Source of the DNA: Antedon mediterranea
Lineage: Eukaryota > Animalia > Echinodermata
Reading direction: 5' to 3'
Length of the DNA stretch: 64,000 bases
NCBI RefSeq assembly: GCF_964355755.1
Contig: NC_092674.1
Span: 29,698,001-29,762,000, forward strand
The first letter of the stretch is position 1, and every line of letters begins with the position of its first letter. The position numbers and the translations under genes were made by a program. The notes beneath the pieces are model-generated. The model made no database searches. It saw only the letters and a list, made by a program, of their open reading frames with translations, and had not been told where the DNA came from. Shown piece by piece: positions 47,883 to 60,220 of the stretch.

Positions 47883-50800
47883 TTAGAGTCTTCGAGGAGA
47901 TGGCCTTTGTGTGTTAAGATGTCTGTAACTGCCAATTTTTTCTTTTGTCTTAAATAAAAAAAGAATTATTTTAATAAAACAAAATTACATATAGTTTCAT
48001 AAATAAACAACAATACGTCAATAAAATATTAATAATCTTATACCTAGGACCTGTTCTAGATTAGTTATTTACTTGTATATTTTTTTTTTTTTTAATCCTA
48101 TAACTTACAAAGACAGTGGGTAGTGGGTTCTCTGAAGTGTTTTCTCTTGACGTACTTGTCAAGGGATGTCTTCTGTAACTATCTGACCTTGGACTGACGG
48201 CAGGCGATGACTGCCGGGTCGTATCTCTTGATTGTATACCGGAATCTCCCATCCTACGCTTACTTAAGTTAAGTACGATTTGTTTCATGACGGCTACTTC
48301 CTGTGAAAATACCAGTAATAATAATTTGAGTATATAAGAGGTGTATATATTTAATAATGTATAGATAATATGTTAAGTTTTAACATTTTAAAGTTAAGAT
48401 TTCAAGATTATAAGAAATTCATCACTAACCTGACGTTGATTTAACAACCGTTCTAAATCAGCGGACAGTTGGTTCTTTGTACGATTTATTTCATTGCGTT
48501 CTTGTTTCAATGATCTATTGAATAAAGAAAAAGTAATTAAACACTGTCCAACAAGGACTGATTGCTTGCGCAATGACACAATGAAATTATTACGTTTATT
48601 TGTATCATTTTATTATCTCTACTCAGACATCCTGGAGCACAACACATCTTAAATAATTGTGTGTGATAACGGTCTTAAGGTTCGTCTATCAAACTTTATG
48701 TGACAAAAAAATGTGATGTGCCCATATATGGGTATGATGATGATTTGGGCATATTGCTACCATATTTGGGCCCATCTAACCTAGTTTGATAGTGTAGACA
48801 GAGCATTACTTACTGTATATCTTTTTCAAGCAATGATATATGCTGGGAATGTTTACTGATCTGTGAATCTCTTGTGTGTATGCTCTCTATAAGATAGTGG
48901 TATGGTTGCTGTGCTTGGTCTAGTAAACTGGTTGCATTTGACAACTACAAACAAACATATGTGGCATTAAATTTAAGGAAAATAGAATTTTAAACAGAAA
49001 GATCTTAATAGTATGCCTCTTTAAAGGTACACTTTCTTATTGTCTTGTTATTTTGCTAAGGTAGCTCTTTTTGGAATTAGAAGAACTCAAATGCCAGGGG
49101 CAGTATTGGAGACAGCTCACATGTATAATACTAAATATTAAACAAATTGAGCTCACAACCTTTGATAAGCTTATGAGCAACCAATCTAAATTGACATTTC
49201 TAAGTTATGCTTAAAATACATTTCTTTACCTCATCTCCAAGTTGGGACATTTTAGTTTTGCTTTGGTCAACCTCTTTACGTAAAGATGTGTTTGTCCTCT
49301 CCAAATTCAAAACCCTTCTTGCTAAATGTACACTTAAAAAGAGAAATGTTTATTCATATTTAAATACACTGAACTCATTTATAATTAATATAATTCATTT
49401 ATTGTCTTTTATATGTCACCCGTGATGGCGGAGAAAATTTGTACAGAAATTAAGTTCACTTTTGTTTAATTCTGTCACCGTCATGGGTTTTTCTATGTTT
49501 ATTTGTATGTTTTTAAATTAACGAAATAAATGAAACGAAAATGAAATAATTGATAAGCTGTGTAAATGTTGTACCTTTGTTTGAGTCTCCTTTTGGATGT
49601 CGTTGGTACGTTGACACCATACCCATAGCAGAATAATACCCTCTCTGCTTCATCCTCATTCTCATCTGAATAGAATAAATAAAATAAAGAATAATAAAGA
49701 ATTTCTCCAGTAAAGAAGGTAATATTTATACTGTTGGTTGTTAAAAAACACATCTACACACTTGCGTTTATAACGCTATAATTTTTATGAAGACCGTAAT
49801 ATTTTGTATCAATAATCTACTATAATATTATATAAAAAAAACTATCAAAACAAAATGAGAGAGAAAAAAACTATGATATTTTGTTGTTCTTACATTCGGC
49901 AGCTTGCATGACAACATCGTCTAATTCTTGTTCCAGCTTCTCATAGATTTCTAGTTTTGACTTCTTCTCATTAATTTCTGATTCTAACTCTTTTATTCTC
50001 CGCTCAGATGATGTCTGCAGCCCGTAAAATTCTTTAGTTAAGACCTGTATAAAAAGTGAAAATATAAAGTTTACTAAGTTTTATAATGTAGCAGAAAATG
50101 TACACCTATGTCGGCTTCTTATGTTTCCTGGTTGTATTCAACCATTCATGTCAACCCGATTAAAAAATCAAATATTAGGTTGTCAAAATAACGACTTGAA
50201 ATAAAAAAATGGCAGACATTGGACAAAATAGTTTTTAATTATTTTAGCCAAATAAATTAATTTGAAAAATTGCTAAAATAGAAGGGTTATATGTTGATGT
50301 AAAGTTTGCGGTACACCACATACTGTTTCTCGGCGTTTTGATCAATATACTTTGATTGTCCTCTATAAACTATATATACATGGTGTACCTCAAACTTTAT
50401 ATCAACATTTCATTTCACCTTCAAACTACACGTTGAATCTTACCTCAACTTTGGTTTGATGTTTGTCACAATCTAGTTGAGTTTGTTTGAGGTTCTGCAG
50501 CGTCTCCTGGTGCAACATTTGTGAATGCTCAGCATCGAACATCTTTAATCGAAGCTGATTCTGCAACTCAGAGGTTTTGGTGTCTGCATCCATTTGCAGC
50601 TTACGGTACCTAAATAACAATCAAGTCTTTAAGTTAAAGCATACTTCGTCAAACTAGTTTGATAGTGTAAACAGAGCTTTAATTTAATTATTTTTAGTTT
50701 GTTTGTTTGTTAATGGAGCTTAACAGTCAATATAAGCAGTTTCTTGAATACAGTTACTATGTACAAGATCACTTACGTGGATAGCATATCTTCAAATTTA

Positions 50801-53800
50801 GTATCAGATTCTCGCTGGCCTTCAAGCGCCCTCTCTCTTTCCTGAAAAGCTGTATCTCTTGCTTCACGAAGATTTCTACAATCAATTAAAAAGTAAAGAA
50901 GTAAACAGTAATATCCGAAAATGTGGTCAATAAATCTTTTCTTTTTAAATTCTTACAAGGGTAGCTCTAACAGCTGTACTACAGCAGTACAGCTGACTTG
51001 AAGAGGCCCTCTACCTTACCTATTCTCGCGTTCGTACAGCTCTCTGGTTGATGTTTTCACTTTATCAACTTCGGTATCCGTCTTCAGTCTTATTTCATCC
51101 AACTCGCGGCGTAATTTAGATTCATATTCAGCTTTAAAACGATCTCTGAAAAAGAAAGTTCAAATCGTTAAAGGGGGATTCTGGGTTTAAAATTGCTTTT
51201 AAATATCGTTTATTTATTAAATAAAAAATATCATAACAATATAGACATGTCAGAATGAAGAAGTAATAACGAAACTCGCGACGTCATGTACGTTGTGTTT
51301 GTTAACTTCAAATCTCTCTCTCTCCCCTGTCAAACGACAACCACCCGATCATTGTGAAATACATTTTTTGTAGATTTTCTAAGCTAGGCCTAAAGTGTAA
51401 TAACAGTAGTAGCATATATTTATTTGACATAAATACAACATTTAGTAAAGATTACGGAGTCTTAAATTATATACTATTTTTATACCTCTCGAATAGTACA
51501 GATCGTATTATCGGCTTCACGTACTAGGCTAGGCCTAGCCTAAATCATTTGTTTTCATGGGTGAGAGCCATTCTGACTAGGGATTCCATGCCACGATGGC
51601 TACGTTAAAAACATTGGGGCCCATCATGGGCCTAGCTAGCCTACTAAACGATTGGCCCATAATAATAAAACTCGGTGGTTTCCAAACCTATCCTATCAAC
51701 CAAACTCCTAAACAATCTAAACCTAAAACATTCTACAAAATCGGCTGTAAATATTGAGGCAAAAAAGGTACGATCGCCGTCCGCACGTATGGTGTCCCGA
51801 TCGTCTAAAAGTAGGCCTAAAACAGGCCTAGTTTACTCTCCAAAAAAGCAGATACTGCATCAAGCAAGTAGACCAGGTAGTAGGAAGGCGACCTAGCCGA
51901 TTCGGCCCAGTTAAAAATTGAGCTAGCTAGTGTAGTAGACCCTATATGCGAATTGATACTACCAGGCCTTTTAATAAAGTATTATAGGCTTGTTAAAATT
52001 AGCAATATACTTATGTTTACAAATATTCCAACTCTCTCATTCGAGCTATATTATCTATACCATTCCGGTAGGTCGAGTCGACCTTCAACCAAATACTGTA
52101 CATTGTTCATGTTGTGATTATAGACGGGGTATACTCGACCCGACCAGTTTGGTATTGTATACTGTATCTGCTTATCACGTGACATGCCAGGCATGGGCAG
52201 GTAGAGCACGTGTATTGTCGTCTCGCTCTCCTCGCTCAGCAGGAATGCATACGTTACGCTTCATTGATTTTGAAGGCTTTCCCTAAGTCAGTGCGAAAAT
52301 CGGCAAACGTAAAGTGCAAACATATCTAATTTTTCACTGTTTTGATGAATTTTCATAGAAAATTGACTTTATAAATGGGAAGACCGACTAAAATTACATT
52401 AGATAAGTATAATTTCACAAAAGTAATTAATATGGTTAATGATAACGAGTCGTCGGAACATTGACCATTTCACGAATTTCCTATTCTGTAAACACAGTGT
52501 CATATCGCCGTAGCTGCACTTGCAATCTGGCCTCATTTCACAGCCTTCGTTCTGCTTCACTGGGCGCTTATATAAATTGAAACTTTTACCGTTCAAGAGA
52601 CAAACAAATATATTTTACATTTTTTACTATTCATTTTAAACCCGGAACCCCCCTTTAAGTGAAAGTGTCTCTATCTACTCTATCTAACTTTACACAGGGT
52701 CTATTTTTTCTGTGTTTTTAACATATATATTTATATCTAAATATTGTTAAGGCATCCTAGAATTGGCAATTTATCACTGTTGGATGTAGTTAAAATAGAA
52801 CAATAAAATTATTAAGACCAATAAACAAAAATAAAACGAATGAAACAAATTCTTACCTTGATTCAACATATTTGTCATACAATTCTTCCCTAGCCTTCTT
52901 TATTCTCTCAATCTCAATAGAAGCCTGGCCTAGCTTTTCTTCTGCAAAACCATATTTACCAGTTAAATCAGACAGCTGACGACTTAGGTAATCTTTATCT
53001 TGGTTTAATAGGCTCAATTCTTGCCGAACGGTTGAAAGCTGAAAATTAAGCAAGCGTTTAAATATATAATAAGGTGTATTTAAGCACATTCAAATAAAAT
53101 GTTATTCAAATAATATGCAAATTAGTTTTGTTAGATACCACTGTATATAGAGTTTAGAAACAGTGATAATTTTGGAGGATTTTTATACAGTACTGAAAGT
53201 TTAAAGGTATGCATTGTTTTGTATGTTTACATATACTGTACATTTAAATTAGATTCTGAAACCATCTTTCATGAAATGTACTATTATAACAAAGTATTAG
53301 GTAGAGTCTTGTATTCATTTTAAATGTAGGAAGAAATAAGCCATCAGAAGCGAATTGTACTAAGCATCTTCATTATGTGGTAGAGAGGCCAGTTCCTTTT
53401 CATGCCACATTATGATCCATTATTTTTTTTTTCCAGCTGAGTGGACTAGAAGTTTAATGTTATGTATGCACTTGAATCTGAAATATAAGAAGCTTATGTA
53501 ATATTACCTCTTTGTGGACCTCATCTCTCTCCTTGGCAGCAGCTTGATGGGCCGCACTGACGTACGCGTACTGCTTCTTCACCTCCATCAGCTCATGTTC
53601 AAGTCCATCACGCTCTCTAAAAAAGCAAATCAATTAAAATCAATGAAATCAATCAAAATCAATTTATTTCATAAAACTAAGGATATGTATAGTACAAATA
53701 TGTCATCATAGAAAGGGAACCCAAAATAAACAAAGCTTTAAGACGAGAGTCTTAACAAAACAATAAGGTAATAAGAAGATGTGTTGAGCCCAAATATGGT

Positions 53801-56800
53801 AGTGATACACCTAAATATGGTTGTGATATGACATCATCATGTCCATATATGGGCACATCACATTTAGTTTGATAGAGTAGAAAGAGCTTTACTCAATTTC
53901 ATAGACAATATTTAAATCAAGTGATTACAATACCTTCTAACATGGTCATAGTTTTCCTTCTTGTAATCTCCTTGCTGTATTGATGATTTCAAGTCCGTAA
54001 GCTCGAAAGTTAGTTTTCTACTTTGTGTTTCAAACTGTATTCTTTCCTTATGTTCTACGTTCAAACTCTGTAAAAACAGAATAGCATTTTACAAAGTAAT
54101 ACTTCCACATATGGTCCTGTACTCATGAGAGGTTACATACAGCCAGCAATTGTATTTAAACTGGTTAATGTACATCTGGCCAGTACAATAGTTAATGTCC
54201 ATTTAAACTGGTTAATGTACATCTGGCCAGTCCAACTAATTAATTTCCATTTAAACTGGTTAATGTCCATTTAAACTGGTTAATGTCCATCTAGCCAGTC
54301 CAACTGTATGGGTCACAAGGTACAATATCCACAGGAATGGACCTCCATGAAATTTACTCAAACATTGTGAGTGTACTGCAAAATGTCCTTATTTTAATCA
54401 GTATAGTTCTAATAAGTATACTGTACAACACAATACACAATACCACTTCATTTTATAGTATTTACTTCTTGTACAGTAGTAGTAGTAAAGAACGACTAAG
54501 TAAACATATGCTCTTCTGCACTGGCATACAATTTATTACGCAACATACTATATATTAAATGTCTATATTTCTCAAACTACTTAGCTGGATAGCCGCAGGA
54601 TAATGTCAGTAAATAAGCCAATAATGAGTTTGTAGTTTAGTTGAACAGGTTCTATGACACGGCAATACCCCAGGGAAATTAGGTGTCATGAATAAATATT
54701 ACGAAGCCAAATAAAATATGTTTATGATAATTAGCAGCAAGTCTGCTCCACTGTCTAACATTAAAATAGATTATCACGTTTGTATGTATATGTTGGTTCA
54801 GTTATTATTTTTAAAACAATACATAATTATTTAATTATTATTAATTTCTAATTATTAAACCAGTTTGATTGAAAACTATTATTTAACTTTGTATGCATCA
54901 CACATTGTTAGCATAAAGCTATAGCCAGTAGTGGAGCACTACCAGTACAGTCCCAGAAGACATGAAAAAGGCCAAGGTCATACCTCTTTATAAAAAAGGT
55001 AGTAGAACCGATATTGGAAACTATCGCCCTATAAGTATACTCAGTACAATGTCTAAAATTTTAGAGAAGGCTGTTTTTATTCAAATCGAAAAATACCTTA
55101 CTGAAAACAACGTATTGTATAAATATCAATCTGGATTTCGAGCTGCCTTCTCTACTGACACATGTTTGATAGACTTAGTTGATTCCCTTAAAACCCAAAC
55201 TTCTAAGGGAAATTTCTCGGGTATGGTGTTGGTCGATTTAAAGAAGGCATTTGACACTGTAGATCATGACATTTTATGTAATAAGCTTAAATTAATGGGT
55301 ATTGGATCTATTGAATGGTTCAAATCTTACTTATCAATAAGAAAGCAAATAGTAACTGTTGATGATCATTGCTCTCAATCTTGTACTGTTACATGCGGGG
55401 TTCCTCAAGGAAGTATCCTTGGACCCCTTTTGTTCTTATGTTTTGTTAATGACATGGTAACTTGTATTGATCCTGATTGTAAACTCCTTCTATACGCTGA
55501 TGACAGTGCAATTGTTTATTCACACAGAAATCCAGATATTATTTCTAAGAAGCTAGGGTCAACACTAGACTCCTTGTGTGATTGGCTTGTAGACAATAAG
55601 TTAACAATTAACCTGGATAAAACTGAGTGTATACTATTTGGTTCTAAGAGAAAAACTAAAAATGTTAACAATTTTAATGTCTCAACAAATGGTAACAATA
55701 TCAACACTAGTAATTGTGTCAAGTATCTGGGTATTGAAATAGATCAAAATTTAACGTGTTCTGAATATGCATGTAAAACCATTAAGAAAATTAATAATAG
55801 GCTTAAGTTTATGTACCGCCAACGTAAGATACTAAGTTGTAAGAATCGTAAACTATTATGCTCTGCTCTCATCCAATGTGTTTTTGATTATGCTGCATCT
55901 TCTTGGTTCTGTGGAACCAGTAAAGCTATCCAAAGAAAACTACAAATTGCTCAAAACAAAATGGTTAGACTCATAAAAGGAGTTGAACCCAGAAGACATA
56001 TAGGTGCTGATCAATTAGACGATTATGGATTGTTAAATGTAAAATATCGAGTAAAGTTCTTGCAAATTAGCCAAGTTCATAAAATATTTATGGGCAGAAG
56101 TGCTTCATACCTAAACGAAAACTTTCGTAGAGTTAATAACTTACATGGTCACTTCACTCGTGGTAGTAAACTCAATTTTGTTGTACCTAAAGTCCAAGGC
56201 ATAGTATGTAATACGTTCTATTTTAATGCAATCAGAGAATGGAATAACCTTAATATAATAACCTATTAAACAAATTTCCAACACATCTAAATTTAAAACT
56301 GAATTGAAACAATATTACAAAATTAAACATAGATAAATTATTATTGTGCCATTATATCAGATGTTTTGCTTATATGCTTATATATTTATGAACCCCGTCT
56401 TATAATGTTTGTTTTGTTAAAATTATAATTACTATCTTTTTAGGGACCACATTGGAATTAAGTTGTTTTACTTTAAACGACTTTATGTGTTTTCCCGTGC
56501 ATCGTCAGACTTCATTAATCCCGCCATTTTTATTTGCTTTTTTGATGTACATGTATATTAATATTTAAGGTGATTTTATATATTATTGATGTATTTTTAA
56601 TGTTATTTATTGAGATGCCAAATAAATGAAAGAAAGAAAGAAAGAAAGCTTAAACTATGAAGTTTTCTCCTAAATGGAAGAAGAAGAATTCCATGCTAAA
56701 AATTACACACAAAAAATGTTAAAATGTTAACTGTTTGGTGGCGAAAGCTGGTAAGCATTACTTCATCAATTTTTATACAGTAATTGTACATACCTCCTGT

Positions 56801-59749
56801 AGTTTGTGGACATCTTGTTTCCACTTGTCCACTTGCTCTTCTAACGATTTGTTCCACTCTCTTAAATCTTTGACTTCAACCGATAGAGGATGATTACTTT
56901 CATAGAATTTTATCTACAAAAATAAGAAATTTCAAATTAAGATTATGAACAGCTTACTTATTAAAGATACAATTGTCCCCATACACAATTTAATTAAATT
57001 TTTAAATTTTTTGTTGTTGAATATGCCTTTTTAATGCCAAGTAATAGTTACTCACTTTCACCAAAAACTGGATTAAAATAAATGATTTACCTGAAAATTG
57101 TCTGTTAGAAAATGGGTTTTGGATAAAATTTAAAAACGTTTCGTTTGTCTTTTTTATAAGTGAAATAATTGTTGTTTTTTTTTACAGAAGTGAATAACTT
57201 TATTAACGTTGTAAAATGGCCTAGTTAAAGTCTGATTTTAGTAATCTTCATTTTTCATGTTTTGGGGGACAATACATCTTTAAGTATCAAAACAACCTGA
57301 TAATGTTGATTTAACTTATTTTGCTAAACTAGAATGCTGTTATTTAAAAATGTTCATGAATTTATTCAGTAGACGTGTAACATTATACAGGATACACAGT
57401 ACTAACCATGACCTCAACTAAACAATTATAATCTACTGACTGCAACAAAAATGTGTAAAATGAAATCACTACAGGGGAGCTCTGGGTCGTTAATTAAGTA
57501 CAGTAAACGAACACACAAACTTTACATACGGTATTGTTATCGTTAAACCATGGTAGAAGATTATTGAAAAAGTTTGAACATGGAGAAATTATTTTTTTGC
57601 GCATGACTTGTTTGTCCTGATAACTTAATAATAATATTATTGTGAACTATATATTTCCACAGTATGTGTCACTATATATATGGGTTAACCAAATAATTTC
57701 TAATGAAAATGATTTGAAAAGCTGGTTAAATTTAAATTTTAAAATGTTACTACTATTAATAATAAAAATAATGTTTAATACTGAGTAACTAAAAAGTGAC
57801 ATTATTTCCTATTGAATTGTAATGTAATACCTGTTAATTATATAGAAAAATATTTAGAATATTAAAGAATTAACATTGTTTATTATGATAAATAATCAAT
57901 ATACTACTGTAAATATTAAAAATAATGTTTAATACTAAAGTAAAAAGTGACATTATTTCCAGTATTACAGTACATTTTAAAATGTAATATCTGTAAATTA
58001 TATTGAATAGGATTTGGAATTTTAAAGAATTAACATTGTATGTTATGCTAAATAATCAATATGCTACTGAAAATAATAAAAACAATGTTTAATACTGCAG
58101 AAAAAAAGGACATTATTTCCTATTGAATTGGAATATGATTTTGAATTTTAAAGAATTAACATTTTGTATATTATGATAAATAATCAATATAGAATATATT
58201 AAATGTACCACAGCGAGATTGGTTGTACTGAACTCAATACTATTAATAATTAATCTAACTTTAATAATATTCTGAACTGAAATCAATTTTAAATAAAGCA
58301 CAATGCACAATATTGAGACCGAGACACAAAACATATAATCCTAAGGGGGAATTTAAATAAACTTTTAACACTGCACAAAATATTTCCCCAAACAACTCCT
58401 GAACAAACATGCCTAGCTGTACTAACCTGTGACAATCGAGTGCACAGCGTAAAAAGAAATTGGCAAATAAAGATTAGAACAGGAAACCGAAGACAGGACG
58501 TGAGAAAGGTCACATGACCTAGTTGCAGGCATGTGTTACAAAGTGTTTCAGCCAATCAGAGAGAAGTTCAATTGTATGTGCACAATATTTGAAACTCGAT
58601 TATTTATTCTCGATTTAAAAAAGTATCTTGACTTTCCGTCTTTATACAGTATAAATAATATGATTTTTTTTGTAGAAATTAAATGTTTTACTTTTCTTGG
58701 AAATATTGGAATCTGTAGACAGAAAAACATGCCACATTCACAATTAACTTGAAAAAAAAACTCTTTTAGCAAAGAAAAAATGGTACTAAAAGTTGTTTTT
58801 TCTTTAAATAAAGCTATTTTATTGTTATTTATTCACACAGAAACCCAATAGAACAGTGGGCAAGGTTTATATTCATGTTCCTAGAAATACAGTAAATAAG
58901 TAAGTCAATTGCTAGCATTAAATTCTAAAGTTAGATTTTGTATGACTTTATTTTTTTAAATATAATAGCATGCAGAGAGTAAACTGGGTGATCGAGAAAA
59001 ATTTGATCAAAAAATTGGTCTGAATTTTAACTTTGTGCTAGCTACAGTAATCATATCATAATGCTATCCAAAAAAAAGGGAAAATTGTGAACAAAATTGC
59101 AGATGGGATGGGAGGGCTTCAGCATTCGTCTACGGGTTCCAGTGTGAATTGTAAAACTTACGGCCACAAAGTCTCGGAGAGATAATTCTGAATCAGTTCT
59201 TGCTTTCAATTCGATAAATTCTTCTTCGGATAAATATAGATTCTGCATTGATTCCCTGATGTTGCCAGCTCTCTGCAACAATTCTTGATTTGTTTTCTCC
59301 AATTCCAATTGCCTCTTTGCTATTAATTCAAGTTCTGTACGCATTTTACTTTGTCGTCGACTAGAATCGTCTCTCTGAATGTTTAATTGGGCCTCTAATT
59401 TCGCCTGCAAAACATTTTTTCTGTGGAGGGCATCGTTTAATTTTTCTTCTAATTCTTCTAACTTAGACATATGTTCAGCCTTTAAATTATCAATTATCTG
59501 ATTTTTCTGTGATAGTTCTATTTTTAAAAGTTGCACATCGTGAAGCAACTGTTTTCGTTCGATAAGCTGTTTTGTAACCTTTTTCGATGCACCCGTCGCA
59601 GAGCGTTTTTTCGGGTGTCCCTCCTCGAAATCGCTTGCATCTTTACTCAGGCTTAGATCTAAAGAATTGGTTAGGTCACTTGCAAGCGACGTACTGATAT
59701 CTTCAGTATCTAGCTCACTAAAATCACCTGATATATCCCTTCTAGCCAT
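47883..59749 (-). CDS. PIBF1: Progesterone-induced blocking factor 1 / CEP90
   Basis: [28 protein letters not shown]; LSLRDFVA; [10 protein letters not shown]; [33 protein letters not shown]; [11 protein letters not shown]. Last exon 47883-47948 ends PSPRRL*. Confidence 0.93.
51172..52654. mobile_element. Non-autonomous Kolobok-like DNA transposon
   Basis: TTAA TSD (51168, 52655). TIR AGGGGGATTCTGGGTTTAAAA vs TTTTAAACCCGGAACCCCCCT. Confidence 0.8.
54150..54305. repeat. Compound tandem repeat (TTTAAACTGGTTAATGT core)
   Basis: Four core copies read directly. Confidence 0.8.
54940..56648 (+). mobile_element. 5'-truncated non-LTR retrotransposon (L2/CR1 group) with an intact RT segment, in a PIBF1 intron
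   Basis: ORF 54962-56269 has [52 protein letters not shown] and KYLG. The 3' UTR ends in AATAAA plus (GAAA)n at ~56621-56648. Confidence 0.93.
56965..57279. mobile_element. Short TTAA-flanked MITE (Kolobok-like); related copy at 36545-36792
   Basis: Termini AGATACAATTGTCCCC / GGGGACAATACATCT with TTAA flanks. Shares AATCTTCATTTTTCATG with the 36545 copy. Confidence 0.65.
57740..58200. repeat. Degenerate AT-rich ~155-bp tandem repeat, about 3 units
   Basis: Recurrent AATGTTTAATACT..GACATTATTTCC..AAAGAATTAACATT..AATAATCAATAT. Confidence 0.7.
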
Positions 59750-60220
59750 ATTTATAAATATTATACCATTTTTCTTTAGATATAAATATACTTTAAATAC
59801 TTTTTTCTAGGCCTCTTCAATTTCGCGCTGACACGACAACAAAAACAAGTTGGCAAATTATGAATTTAAGAAATCGCGCCCTCTGTTATTAGGAATTTTC
59901 ATTATGAGAGGCCACATGTTATTGGATAGTTTGATAAAATTATCTATTAAGAGACCAATCAAAAGAGCTCTAAAGTGCCATCATAATTCAACAACAGAAG
60001 CACATGTCACACACAGCAGCAGCTGTGTAATTTTTCCAGTCCAACATTTTTTACAAAAAAACAATTTTAGATCACTTTATAAATGGGTTTACTAAACTGA
60101 GAGTGTTAAGATAATGTTAATGTTGTAAAAATTGATTTGCGTCGATGAAAGAATAATGTGATTTATTAAAATTTAAGAAATAGAAGCAGTTGACTGACCC
60201 AGCACCACGTTATTTTCACA
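59750..60220. promoter_or_regulatory. Probable bidirectional promoter, PIBF1/GSTCD
   Basis: Divergent ATGs ~470 bp apart. TTTCGCGC (E2F-like) at 59821 and CCAAT/ATTGG motifs. Confidence 0.55.

Noticed and set aside
50291-50408. Long imperfect hairpin as a possible pre-miRNA
   Set aside because: Arms of ~30 bp with a ~55-nt spacer fit a palindromic MITE relic better. No expression evidence is available.
51675-52596. Short ORFs inside the Kolobok-like element
   Set aside because: No recognisable transposase or zinc-finger motifs; likely chance ORFs in GC-richer DNA.
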